DNA of 64,000 nt from Okamejei kenojei (taxonomy: Eukaryota): NCBI GenBank assembly GCA_035221665.1, contig CM069162.1, positions 23,374,001-23,438,000 of the forward strand, in the 5' to 3' direction. Below, piece after piece: positions 1-12,465 of the stretch. The notes under the pieces are model-generated. The model ran no database searches. It had not been told where the DNA came from and saw only the letters and a list, made by a program, of their open reading frames with translations. How positions within the stretch are numbered: position 1 is the stretch's first letter; each line of letters begins with the position of its first letter. Position numbers and translations under genes: made by a program.

Positions 1-90
1 CTGGAGTAACTCGGCGGGTCAGGCAGGATCTCTGGAGAAAAGGAACAGGTGACGTTTCGGGTCGAAACCCTTCTTCAGACTCTGAAGAAG
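1..90 (-). mobile_element. Penelope-like terminal repeat fragment with minimal hammerhead motif (51-78)
   Basis: The minus strand reads CTGAAGAAGGGTTTCGACCCGAAACGTC. The same repeat adjoins GIY-YIG coding fragments at 31612-32162 and 36548-37275. Confidence 0.75.
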
Positions 91-2219
91 ATGACTCCAG
101 GGTGAAGCAGCCCCAGGTTGGAAGACCCCATGGAAACCCCAGCTGCTTTAGACCTGGTCGGGCCATGGGTATCAGGAGGGTACCCTGCCAGAGGGTAACT
201 AATGTGGCTCAGTTGTCACAGCAACTTGGCACCTGGCTTTGGCAGCGCTGGTACCACTGCCTCATACCCTGCATACACTCACCTCCAGTCCCAAAAAACA
301 AGAGTGGTTTGCAGGCAAAGCTAACTCAATGAAGAGTGGGACGCGGAATGGAGGAGTGGGGAGTAAGGGGGTAAAGAGAGTACGCTGAGACAATCCTTTG
401 ACCATGTTATGGTGGAACCATGGGTGTTGGGACCCATGACTGCAACGTCCACTTTCATCTTAACCATAGTCAGCTCTCATGTTCCCGGGTCAGCCTGAGA
501 GTGCTTTCAGATGCCCTTCAAGGACCCTGTTACAACGTTTTAGCTTTTAAATAACACCTGATTTGATTTTGTTGGTCGCTACTTACCTTTTAAGAACTGA
601 ATCAAAATTTGGTCTCACAATCGTGAGCAACTAGCTACGGAAATAATGTCTCACAGTTCACTGCTCGCCTGGACATTGAAATATGTTTATTCTAAAAGAA
701 TTTAGGGCAGTATACCTCCTCTACGTTCTGGAGGATTCCATTTTATATCTCTGTGTTCTAGATAACTGCCCATTGACCCCCCCCCCCACCGCCATGTTCT
801 AGATGTTGAACTAGTCGCCCACCTGACTAAATGCAGGTTGTGCCCCATCTGTTCCCAAGAGTGTAATCGGAGGCAGCGAGACCTTGCTATTCTAGAATCA
901 CCTTGCCTGGTTGCCTTCCATCTGGAACGGTTCTATGTCTGTCCACGTCCTCGTTAAGCAGATGAAAGTCGTCACGGCATCATTAGAGTTATGAAACAGC
1001 TTTGCAAGGAAACGCGCTCTCTCGTTTGCAACAATTCCCGGCAAATTCTCTTGATATCTCCGAAAGTGCATTTCAAGTCTGAAAATGAGACACAGGTGGG
1101 GATCAGTGCAGCGGAACCCTCTTGTCCCAGGGACACCACTGAAGAACAATGCTCCTGCTCCTTATCCTTTAGTCTTAGACTGTGTCAGACACGGGGGAGC
1201 TGCGATAATACCAGCTATTCAAATCCTCTGCTGCTCCGCTGAGAAATATCGGAGGGGTTGAATTGTGCCAGAGATATACAGCTTTGCATTTCTCAGCCTA
1301 AAATCCCGTGCCTTTCAATAACATTCAGCATACAGAGTGCTGGATCTGTTTTAATTAAGTGACATCTGTGCGAAAGAAGGCAAGAAATAAGGTGATGATT
1401 AAAATCAGTCTCATTCATTCGGGTTCTGTCAAAGGAAAAAGGCTTACAGACACGACACCTGGCAGCACCGCAAGTGACAGAAGGGCTGGGTCTAATCAGT
1501 TGTAGGTAATATTTTTTGAGACAAATGGAAATTGTTTTTTTTTTTTTGATTGTGTGCTCCATGATTAGGACACGGCTTTAATCTTCCCGTCCTCAGAGAT
1601 GCCTCTGTGAGTCCCTTTGCTTTCTCCCATCAATGAAGGCACACGATCCGCTAGACTGACGGAGCCTGAGCTGAATAGAAAAATCTGCTGTCATCTGCGA
1701 GAAAAGGAAAAGGGAGTTAAAATGTACCAGGATGACGCGTAGACTGCTCGCAGCCATCCACATAAGTGAACCTGACATCCTCATTTTGTTCCTCTCCATT
1801 CGTCATTCGGATGGTTAACATCTGGACACAAGAGATGATCCTTTTTTATTTCAGAATCTGTTGAACATTCTCAGCCTCGTGCTGTTTAGTTTTACCCCGT
1901 GTGTTTTGTTCTGTTTGTTGATGGGACGGGGGTCCAAACTGGCAAGCTCCTTTATATTGCCCCCCCCCCCCCCCCCCCCAATTTGGGAAGTCAGCAGAGG
2001 TGAGCTGCAATTCAGTACCGAGTCATCAATTGCTAGAACAATGCTGGAGAGAAGGATTCGGGATTGTGACCTGATGGTCGTGCGGGGTGAGGCTGGTGTA
2101 TTTGTGCCGGGCTGCCCGGAGGGTGAAGATGTCAAAGACTAGAAGGCATAGCTTTAAGTGAGAGGGGCAAAGTGCCGACAACAACATGATACCGGTTATG
2201 CAGTTCAGCGTGAACACTG

Positions 2220-3020
2220 CTTAAGTGAGGGCGATTATGATGATATGAAGGTGGAATTGTGTAAGCTGCACTGGAAAGTTCAGTTCCGTTTATTGTCACG
2301 TGTACTGAGGTACAGCGAACAGCTTTAATATAAGCTGAGGGGCAGATCAGCAGATGAACAGATGCACATATTTAAACAGCCGGTCCATAATACTCAGCTA
2401 GTTGCAAAGAGGGATTCAATAAGAACGAGGTGAAATCAATTTGTTTACTATCAAAGGCACAAGAACAGTGAGGTACAGATGTAACGAAAACCTAGCCTCT
2501 GTGTCGTCTGAGTCTATGCATCGGAGACACACTCAAATTACACATAAATAGCACATTAAGAGGCACAGTCCGTGGTTAGCAAAGGACAAGCATAATGTTA
2601 GGTTGAAAAGCAGGGCTTACAAAGTGGCAAGGTCGGTGATGGGCCAGAGAACTGAGAGATTGTTAGAATCCATCAGCGAAAGAGCGAAAAACGTATTAGA
2701 GGAGAAAATTGAATTTGAGAGAAAACCTGTGTGTCATATCAAAACAGTCAGAGTCTCTACAGGTATATAAATAGGAAGAAGGCAGCTCAGGAAACTGCAG
2801 GACCTCTGAACAACAGGCTGGTGAATTAATAACCGGAAACAACAAACTGAAACACGTCAATGTATCAGATTTTTGTGTCCGGCTTCACAGTAGAGGACAC
2901 GGAATTATCCCTTAAATAACGGGGGGGGGGGGGTCATTTAAAATATCAGGGAGAAACTTATGAAGCTCCCAAACACTGGGATAGAGTGATAGAGAAACTC
3001 CCAACCTAAAGGCTGATAAA
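2220..3020 (+). mobile_element. Old CR1 LINE ORF2 remnant (between endonuclease and RT)
   Basis: Degraded motifs GDYDDMKVEL..., EFERK...IK, YRYINRK, FTVED and LKADK, typical of CR1 ORF2. Confidence 0.6.
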
Positions 3021-4762
3021 CTATGGATTGGAAAGGTTTAGAGGGATATGGGCCAAACGCAGGCAGGTGGGACTAGTGTAGGTGGGGCATCTTGGTTGGC
3101 ATGGGCAGGTTGGGCCAAAAGGCCAATATCCGTGCTGTGTGGTTTTAAGACCTTATAGCCAATGGGTTTAATAGTCATTCACATCTGGGGTGAGTAGAAA
3201 AATGCGTCCCTTGGAGGCTGGAGGATCTCTGGAATTCTCCACCCCAGAGCCAGGAAGAGGCCGGATTGTGAGATATATTTCCGGTGGAGACTGGAGAATA
3301 TTTGGTAAATATTTGAAAGATCGAGGATTGCGGGGTTTGGAAAGTAGGCGCAGAAGAGAAGTTGAGGCCGGTGTGGATCGGCTGTGATCATGTTGCTCAG
3401 CTGGCCAGGTTGAGTCGCTGGTGGACCACCCCTGCTCACATCTTCTAAGTTCTTGTGGAAAAGCAAATGGCTCCGGCAGTCGGGCTTCCCAGCAAATCCC
3501 TTCTGTCAAACCTCTCATTCTTTTTCTACTTTTCACTGTACTTTCCCACTTTTTGTTCTCCTTTCTTACAGATTTAATTGTTGTCCTTTGTAGTTTTTTT
3601 TTCTGGTGTGGTGTCTGATCTGAGCATGTCCCTACTTGTACACTGAAGCAACTGCAAGGCCTTGCTAGCTGGAGAGGGAGATTCCTATGTTTCATCTGAG
3701 CTGAGGGATAAAAAAAGGGGGGGGGGGGGGGGCGAGGGGCTCTAGGAATGAAAGACTTTCTGATGAAATGTCCATGACTTTGCTCGCTACAAACCAAATT
3801 CCATTTTCCCGAGGAACTGCTCCCATCGATGTAACCCTTGCCTCTGACTCGGAATGGTTGTGAGTTGAAGGCCCATTCCAGAGACTTGGTATAGGCCTGT
3901 GTTACCAACGCAGTGCACAGGGGGCGCCAACGAGACAAAGGTGCTCCCCTTACATTCGAGAAGTCACACCTAGACCCCGTCTGCCTGCTCCAATAGTTCC
4001 GGAGGATGCCAGAGACTCCAGGCTTCCCAGGAATTCCGGGGAGCTGTCCTGATATCTGACTCGCATTCCCCACACCCACATCCCTATGGTCAAGGTTAGT
4101 TGGACTAGATAGACTGTCATTGGTATATATATCAGTTCATGCTCCAACGGTTGTCAACCGTTTTAAGGCATTTCTGAGGGATTTGTGAAGAATTTAAAAG
4201 CTGCCCCGTCTTCGTTTACCTGTGCCTAGGTCTGCTGCGGCTGTTGTTGGTAGAAATGCGAGCACAGACGCAGCCCAGTATCCGTTATCCCACGGAGCCC
4301 TTACACATGCCTTTCTCCAGCGATTGGCTTCAATGTGGCTAAGCAGTAGCCTCCGTCATTAATCTCCGGGCAACCTTCTGCGACGATTTTCCTTATCGCA
4401 ATGTCTGTGTGGAAATACCGATCCCAATAACCGGACGCTGCTTTCCAAATGCGCGGTGCTAACGCCATTACTGGTTCCACAGCCGAGTTGTAGGACGAGA
4501 TGTAGCAGAGTGCTGCTGCGGATGCATGGGATGTTGGCCAGATTCATGTTGGCTCTCGGGAACGCCACTGACCTTCACCCAAGGTCCGGTGGAGCAGCCG
4601 GTCCTGTCCTTGCTGGGCGCCGGGACGGGACGGGTCTACAATGTATTTCCTGTATGCTTTGGTCTATTTTTGTGTGTCAGATTTCTGCCAGTGCAATGTT
4701 GATGTCTTGTATGCAAGATCTGTTTCTCACCAACTCTCACTCTGTCTGTTTGTGATTTACAG

Positions 4763-4822
4763 TGCAACCCTCTCTGTCAAACCACCACTCTCTCACGCTC
4801 AGAGTATTTAGGAGCCCTGAAG
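4763..4822 (+). CDS. PLCH2: PLCH2 60-nt phase-0 cassette exon (CNPLCQTTTLSRSEYLGALK)
   Basis: Acceptor tctgtctgtttgtgatttacag|, donor aag|gtgtag, 20 open codons, and phase 0 matches the next exon at 14633. Length and xxPL...(F/Y)LGAxK pattern match the 20-aa segment WSPLILNPSYTILHFLGATK that follows the C2 domain in PLCH1 (recalled). Confidence 0.6.
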
Positions 4823-7800
4823 GTGTAGTGAGACCGGTCACAAAGCTGCATGCCTTTCTGCTGGTCGTCATCATTAGCTTCTGATTTGCTTTTGACATCT
4901 CCTTTCAGCTTATCCATGGACCCAATTGTCTCACAGTCCCCCCCCCCCCCCCCCCCCCCGTGCTTTTTCATCTTAATTGCGCCGACTCTCCGACCTCCAG
5001 CTGCAGGGTTTTGATTTGGGTATGTACTGCGTGCGTGTTGTACAGTCACACAAATGCCATGCGCTGACAGATCCAGGGTGCAATGGATAGAGTCACAGCC
5101 AGCTTGGTGTTCAGGGCTGGCTGTAGGGAGGGCAGCTTGCAGCCTTGTGCAAAGGCCCGAGCAGGGCTCCGAGCATCCCAGCACACAGTCTTGGGCTGCC
5201 GTCGTTCAGAGTGTGTGCATTGAACCAGCCAACAGTGCGGGGCTGTCCAATCCAACACTTGAGGTTTCTCTTCCATTGGTTAAATCAGGCTCTAAATCAC
5301 CAACATGAGAGGCTAACTTCAGCATCCAGGGACTGGCGTAACGTACTGTGGGGCTAAAGGACATCGACCCTGAGGAGTAGCGAAGATCATGCACCAGAGT
5401 ATTGCCAACGTTTTATTGGTCATGTGGGCATTCTGCAACATGTTTAGCTTTAGTCTTCTCAGATGGAGCTTCAAAGTAGATTATTCGTGACCTGCAGGAG
5501 TTACGTGCGCTGAGCATGTCCGGTACTATTAGACAGAAGCTGCAGGTTCTTCCAGCTGTCCCCTGAACACCAATCTGTTGTCCTCTTCATCTTTGGGGTA
5601 TCTGGGTTTTTCTTGTCGGGGGTGGGGCTGGAGGAGGTGAGGGGGTACATCTCTGCCACTGCCCAATGCTTTTGAGTTGGAGCAGTATTACAAGGAAACC
5701 TTCCTCCTCGACACATTCCTGTGGGGCTCTAGCCAAGCATAGATCCCTGAGACTTGGTGTTTCCCGTTCTATCCCGTTGTCCGCTTTGCACCAGCCATGT
5801 TATCCATGGCCCGGGGGGACATCACCAACCAACAGAACGACACTGTCCTTGTTGACGGCAGTCTGTACTGGCAACTGCCCTATTTGGGGAGAGAGGGTGA
5901 GGAAAGAGTGTGGAAAAGGGTGGGAGCACATTGCCCTATCTGTCCTTAGGGGTCCCCAGTTCGTAGAGCAAGGCTCACCCTGTTTAGCCCACACGGTTCC
6001 CATGCCTGGTGGAATGGGTCTGCCATGTTGGTGCATCTCCAACATCCAGCCTGCAAGTCAGTCGTTCAACAATCGACGTGTAGAAGACATACCCAAGGAG
6101 ACAGTTTAACACAAAGTGATAGGAGGAGAATTAGGCCTTTCAGCCCTTCACGTCTACTCCGACACTCAACCATAGCTGATCTATCTCTCCCTAGCCCCAT
6201 TCTCCTGCCTTCTCCCCTTAACCTTTGACAAGATCATAGTTAGTGGTGTGGCCAATTTGATCACCTGGTTCTGATTTGTTAGTCCCAGAGCCGAGGCCAC
6301 AGGCTACCAGATTGGACAAGCTCACGAGCAACGGCACAGCCAAAATATTTGGCAAACGACTTCAAAAGCCTCCAACACACTCCTGGATCTGCCCGTATAT
6401 GTAGAGTTTCAAAAACATTGCTTTTTTTCTTTGGAAGAGAAAATGTGAACTTCCAACTCTTGAATCACTGTCCAATTGATTTAAGAATTAGCGCATTTTA
6501 TTATCTCATGACAGCATGGTTTCATTTGGCTTTGCCCAAGGTGCCACCGCACATATGTTGAACTAACATCAACCAGATCGCCACCAGAACTCATACTGGC
6601 TGCCTTCTCCTTTCCACCCGACATTCTTCACCTGTAATCTAACCAGAGAGTCGCTGCCTCCCTCCACCCTAACCCCAACCCCCTCCACCTCTCCATCTCT
6701 TTGCCTTTAACACAAATTTGCCTTCACAGGCCCTTGCCGTCACATGAAGATACAGGAAACACAACCAAGGAAAAGTAGGTTTAGCAAGATGTAGACTGAA
6801 CGAGGAACTGCAAACGCTGGTTTACAGAAAAGAAAAGCCACAAAGTGCTGGAGTAAACCGACCCGCTGAATTACTCCAGCACTTTGGGTGTCCTTTCTTT
6901 TCAGGTTTGGGAAGCGTAGGACAGGAAGAATATGCTGGGACCAACTGTCCTTTACAACATACACAAGAAGAATGCGAGTGATGGGTTTGGCGATTAGTTT
7001 GGGAACTGCAGCCTGGAAGTGAATGCCAAGAACCTCTGCTTTCTCTGGATAACGAAATACACACTGGTAGAGTTTAGCTCCTCTAGCCTGTCCTTCATTC
7101 GATTAGGTTGGGATTGATTTCACTTCAATTCCATTTTGCCTGCCCTTGCTCCAATCTTCCTTCACACCCTGGCTCCGAATCAATTAAAGTAGCAATTGTC
7201 TCTCAGTAATTGCAGCGGTTTCTGTAAGTGTGGGAGACTGATATTAATTTCCCCTCACCTCGATCGCACCAGACAGCCCCCATCCTCTCGACTCGAGGCA
7301 CCAATGCTCTCTCCTGTTTCTTTGAGCCACTCTTCTGCTTGGGAAGTATGTGGAGACCCAGGAGGAGAACTGGGTCCTTGTCCATCTGACTGCATCTGAC
7401 GTTAGTCCCCCGACACTGAGTGCAATACTGCCTTCCCTGCAGCCAAGGTGAGTACAAAACCGGCCCATGTTCCTGCACACAATCGGAGCCCGTGAACTAA
7501 ACAACAGCTTAGTCCACACCACCCCCCCCTCCCCCACACACACCATCCACAGGAGCTGTGAGGCAACGGTCGAACAGAATGGAGTTATATCCATTAGAGC
7601 AGAGGAGGCTTAATTAGAGGTTTCAAACAATTAAGGGTCAGAGAGAGCAGGAAGAACCTCTGACTATATAGAGTTCACCCATATAGAGAGTGAAGAGCCA
7701 AGGGAGGGGTCTGTGGGTGGAGGAACAAGTGTAAGTGGGAGGGGGTAGGGGAGTCACCGCCAAGAGAGGTGGAGACGGAGACCCAGATCATATATAAACT

Positions 7801-8212
7801 ATCCTGGGATAACTGCAGAGCTTCCGATTGCCGTGGGGAGATGGGCTCAGGCCCCAGCAGCTGGTTCTTGGCCGGCGTGGACAGGATGGTTTCAGACGTC
7901 TCCACCAGCATTGGAAAACTTGGGGGTTCCTGTGATAAATATAAAATCTTCAGCCTAAATCCAGTGAGAAATGTAAGGGAGGCTTCTCCCCGACAGGTGG
8001 GCGGAGGCGGGTGGAAGGTGCAAACGCCCACCAGTGTGGAGGCAAACATGCTGTAGGTGGATTGAAAGGGTTTGGTTTAGACTTTAAACTTCACTTTAGA
8101 CTCCAGAAATACAGCGGGGAAACAGACCTTCGGCCCACCAAGTCACCAGCGACCGTCTCGTACACACTAGGGACAATTTACGGAAAGCAATAAACCTACA
8201 AACTTCAACATC

Positions 8213-8598
8213 TTTGGATCTTATTGAAGCATATAAGATTATTAAGGGTTTGGACACGCTAGAGGCAGGAAACATGTTCCCGACGTTGGGGGAGTCCAGA
8301 ACCAGCGGCCACAGAATAAGGGGTAAGCCATTTAGAACGGAGATGAAGAAAAACTTTTTTACACAGAGAGTTGTGAGTCTGTGGAATTCTCTGCCTCAGA
8401 AGGCAGTGGGGGCCGGTTCTCTGGATGCTTTCAAGAGAGAGCTAGATAGGGCTCTTAAAGATAGTGGAGTCAGGGGATAAAGGGAGAAGGCGGGAACGGG
8501 GCACTGATTGTGGATGATCAGCCATGATCACATTGAATCACAGTGCTGGTTCGAAGGGCCAAATGGCCTACTCCTGCACCTATTGTCTATTGTCTATT
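8213..8598 (+). mobile_element. CR1 LINE 3' fragment
   Basis: DLIEAYKIIKGLD...GESRTSGH...FFTQRVVSLWNSLP...FKRELD, followed by 3' UTR and (ctattgt)n tail. Confidence 0.92.
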
Positions 8599-8709
8599 GA
8601 GAGGAAACCCGAGCACCCGGAGAAACCCACGTGGTCACAGGGAGAACGTACAAAGTCTGTACAGACAGAGCCTGTAGTCAGAATTGAGCCATGGTCTCTG
8701 GGGCTGCAA

Positions 8710-8948
8710 AGGGCCTGTCCCACTTGGCACATTTTCTGGCGACTGCCGGCGTCACATCAGGGTCGCCAAAACATTTTGAACATTTCAAAATCCAGCGGCG
8801 ACAAAAAAAATGTTGCGACACTTGAAAAAACACCGCGCGTCAATACGTCACCACGCCGTGTCACCACTGCCTCACGCCACTAATTGTTCGGTGACCTAAT
8901 ACGTCAGTCAATGATGCCAGAAAAACATCGGCACGTGGGACAGGCCCT
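8710..8948. mobile_element. PIF/Harbinger-type MITE
   Basis: TIRs agggcctgtcccac / gtgggacaggccct flanked by caa / taa (a TAA duplication with one mismatch). Non-coding. Confidence 0.75.
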
Positions 8949-8984
8949 TAAGGCAACAACTCTACTGCTGTGCCACAGTTTGGT

Positions 8985-9390
8985 TTATTATGCTCACTCA
9001 CATGTACCAAGATACAGCGAAAAGGTTTTGTTTCTGTGCTATCCAGTTTAATCAGATCATACAATACATACATCAGGCCACACACACGTACGATAGGTGG
9101 TGCAAAGAGAAAAATACCAGAATACAAAATATAGTTCTGCAGCATTACAGCATTGCAGCTGCAGAGAAAATAACCAGAGTCCACAAGGAAGGTCGTTTGG
9201 AGGGTTTAACTTATGGCAGGAGCATTGAGTCGTCTGATAACAATGGGGAAGAAGCTACTCCTGAGTCTGGTGCTTTGTGCTTTCAAGCTTTTGCACCTTC
9301 TGCCCGATGGGAGAGGGGAAGGATACAGAAGAAAGGAATGAAAGGTGCTGCTGATCGGGTGAGTTGGAAGAGAGCGGATGGAGGTGTATA
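8985..9390 (-). mobile_element. Rex1/Babar-type LINE 3' fragment
   Basis: The minus strand encodes PLPSGRRCKSLKAQSTRLRSSFFPIVIRRLN, the characteristic C-terminal motif. Confidence 0.7.
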
Positions 9391-9912
9391 TTCTCCGGGC
9401 CAGTCCCAGTGTTCAGTTTTGTGCTGCCTGTCCTCTCAGGCTAAATACTGCTAGTGAACTTTATCTGAGCAAGATTCAAAAACATTATTTTCTCCCTTTA
9501 ATGCACGTTGGCCGGGGATTGGTGGCAGGGACTGTCCTGCTGATGTGGCTGTGGAAGTCTACAGCTGGATTCCTTGTTCCCACCCATCCCACTGTGGGTT
9601 TTCCAGCTGGCACCATGAAGTAGGGAACTTAGAGGGGATGGTTTCTCTGCTTTGGAGCCAATGAGCTCTGGATTAAAGTCCTATGCACAGCAAAGGAACT
9701 ACCTAAAGGAATTTAATTTATAACCAGGTTCCAGATCTTTTGAATGGAGGTTGCAGAGTATCCAAAACGTGCACAGAGTCCTCTCTCTGTGTACAAGGTG
9801 GATGCTCACTGTGGCTGCTGTGATGTATTGGTATCAGTTATGTGTAGTCATCTGAGACCAGTGAACAGCGCCATCCATTCACACTAAGGCATGCCTGCCT
9901 GACCAATGTGGT

Positions 9913-10286
9913 CAATAGACAATAGGTGCAGGAGTAGGCCATTTGGCCCTTCGGGCCATGCACCGCCATTCAATGTGATCATGGCTGATCATCCCCAATC
10001 AGTACCCCGTTCCTGCCTTCTCCCCATATCTCCTGACTCCGCTATTTTTAAGAGCCCTATCTAGCTCTCTCTCGAAAGCATCCAGAGAACCTGCCTCCAC
10101 CACAGAGGCAGAGAATTCCACAGACTCACCACTCTCTGTGCGAAAAAGTGTTTCCTCGTCTCCGTTCTAAATGGCTTACTCCTTATTCTTAAACTGTGGC
10201 CCCTGGTTCTGGACTCCCCCAACATCGGGAACATGTTTCCTGCCTCTAGTGTGTCCAAGCCCTTAACAATCTCATATGTTTCAATG
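9913..10286 (-). mobile_element. CR1 LINE 3' fragment
   Basis: DTLEAGNMFPMLGESRTRGHSLRI...FFAQRVVSLWNSLP and a caatagacaatag tail. Inverted near-copy of 8213-8598. Confidence 0.92.
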
Positions 10287-10828
10287 ATTCAATGGTCGTG
10301 ACCTACTTCAGCACAGGTTGAAGAGAGCTCATCTTAGCTGCTCAGTTGACATGAAGTCAGAGGCAGTGACCTTCTCTCAGGTAGGTCCTGCTGTAAGAGG
10401 TATTTAATGCCATCTCCACACCTTCAGCCAATGGTCCTGATAGCAACGTTCATCCTTGGTATTCCAGCCCCAGATATTGTGAAGCCCCTCAACGTTCAAT
10501 GGTGCTTTTAATGGCGCCTCTCCCACCCCAGGCCATTTCAGTTCTGATCCTCCCTCCATCGCCCCAGCCCAGCCATCCGTTTTCTCTCTTGTGTAGGCAG
10601 AACAGTTCCTCCGTGCAAAATACCTGGTGTCTGGGTCATGATCAGATATTTCTTCTGGGTGATGGAGAGAAGGGTGGACTGCAGATGAAGTTGGCGGGGA
10701 ATCCCTGGGCAAAACGGGCTTTCGTTTGGTGATAAATGACTCGAGGTCCAAGTTGTTTCAATGGCTGTCTGAGACATGGGCCTAGTGGTCTGAATGCTGC
10801 AACCTGCAAATCTGGTAAGGTGGCGGAG

Positions 10829-11120
10829 GGGCAGCACAGTGGTCCAGTGGTAGAGGTGCAGCCTTACTACCCCAGAGATCCGGGTTCGATCCTGACTATG
10901 GGTGCTGCCTGTACGGAGTTTGTACGCTCTCCCCGTTGCCAATGTGGGTTTTCTCCAGTATCTCCGGTTTCCTGCCACACTCCAAAGTTTCGTAGGTTAA
11001 TTGGCTGGGTTAAATTATAAATTGCCTCTAATGTGTGTAGGATAGAGTTAGTGTGCTGGTCGGCGTGGACTTGGTTGGATGAAGGGCCTGTTTCCAGGCT
11101 TAATCTCTAAACTAAACTAA
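10829..11120 (+). mobile_element. tRNA-derived SINE (HE1/V-SINE-like), near full length
   Basis: A-box-like tggtccagtgg, B-box ggttcgatcc, central tgtacggagtttgtacgctctcccc...gtgggttttctcc domain, (ctaaa)n tail. Confidence 0.85.
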
Positions 11121-11919
11121 ATTAAATAATGCAGGGGAGACTGCTGTAGCCAGAGAGTGGCTGGAAGATGCAACTGCCCGCTGATGTTTGAGGCAGAAAC
11201 CTGGTAGATGCATTTAAGGGAGTCAGGGGAATGTAATAAAAGGTTCTACTGATATGGTGAGTTGTGTGTGTGTGACTGTCAGAAACCCGAAGCCTTTTGA
11301 TGACGTCTGTAGCCTTGTTCTTCTAGCTTGAGGCTGGAGGAAGAAGGGCTTCAGCTGGAACGTTTATTAATATGTTAAGGTTCCCCCATGCGTGCCAAGG
11401 TTTCTCAGCAGTGCCAACTCCAGTGGTACAGTTACGCCTCATTTGTATACTGACAATGAGCTAATTGATGGACTCCCTCCAGTTTACTGCAAGGGCTTCC
11501 CCCATCACTTCTCACCATCGTTTCATTATCCTCGGGAAGATATATCCACTCAGGCCAAAGTCATCCGGACCTGCCGAGCGCACAGCTGGAGTAACAGGCT
11601 TTACCTTCACCTCTAATTCTTCACTTCTCCGACCTGCGGCCGACCCCTGGCAGCACCCACTCAGAGTTACACAGCTCCAAATGTTCCCTCCTGACCCAAG
11701 ACAGCTTCGCCGCGGCGAACCTGATAATTGTGCTGCTGACATTCTTTCACAGTTTGAGTGGGCACCATCCAAATACCCACTGTTACCTCTGCTAATGACT
11801 GCACTGCTCACAGGCTGAAGTGCTGCAGCCAACACGACAACATAGAGAAGGCAGACACAGAACGCTGAGTAACTCAGGCAGCATCTCTCGGGAAAGGGAA
11901 TAGGTGACGTTCTCACCTC

Positions 11920-12190
11920 ATGGAGTGATACAGTGTGGAAACAGGCACTTCGGCCCAACTTGCCCACACCGGCCAACATGTCCCACCTGCCTGCATTTGG
12001 TCCATATCCCTCCAAGCCTGTCCTCACCGTGTAACTGTCCAACTGTTTCTTAAATGTTGGGGTAGTCCCTGACTCAACTGCCCCCTCTGGCAGCTTGTTC
12101 CATACATCCACCACCTTTTGTGTGAAAAGGTTACCCCTCAGATTATTATTAAATCCTTTCCCCTTCTCCTTAAACCCATGTCCTCTGATC
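11920..12190 (-). mobile_element. CR1-type LINE 3' fragment (second subfamily)
   Basis: VDVWNKLPEGAVESGTTPTFKKQLDSY...GLEGYGPNAGRWD. Confidence 0.85.
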
Positions 12191-12191
12191 C

Positions 12192-12465
12192 TCGAGACGC
12201 TTCTTCAGACTGAGAATCAGGGGAAAGGGGAACGAGAGATGTAGACGGTGATATAGAGAGTTATTGAAGAAATGAATGAAAGATGCAAAAAAGTAAAGAT
12301 GATCAAGGAAAGGGTCCGTTGTGGGCTGTGCGCTCGGTGTTAACTAGTTGTACAAGACAATGAAACTAGTACAACGACATGGGTGGGGGAACGACGGCGA
12401 GAGAGGGGATGCAAGGATTACTTGAAGTTAGAGAAATCAATATTCATACCGCTGGGTATTAAGCT
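12192..12465 (-). mobile_element. Penelope-like element 3' fragment
   Basis: cttgaagttagagaaatcaatattcataccgctggg is the end of the GIY-YIG ORF (PSGMNIDFSNFK*) plus terminal repeat. Confidence 0.7.

Larger units (their letters stand above)
8076..8975 (-). mobile_element. tRNA-derived SINE (HE1/V-SINE-like) interrupted by a CR1 fragment and a MITE
   Basis: Tail tttagactttaaac, body ggagaacgtacaaa..., head ...aggcaacaactctactgctgtgccac. Matches the intact copy at 10829-11120 in reverse. Confidence 0.8.

Noticed and set aside
3168-4079. 303-aa minus-strand ORF
   Set aside because: Runs antisense through CR1 remnants and a poly-G tract. No recognisable domain or splice support, so probably a chance ORF.
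10829-10900. tRNA gene
   Set aside because: The A/B boxes belong to a SINE head followed by SINE body and tail, and there is no full cloverleaf.
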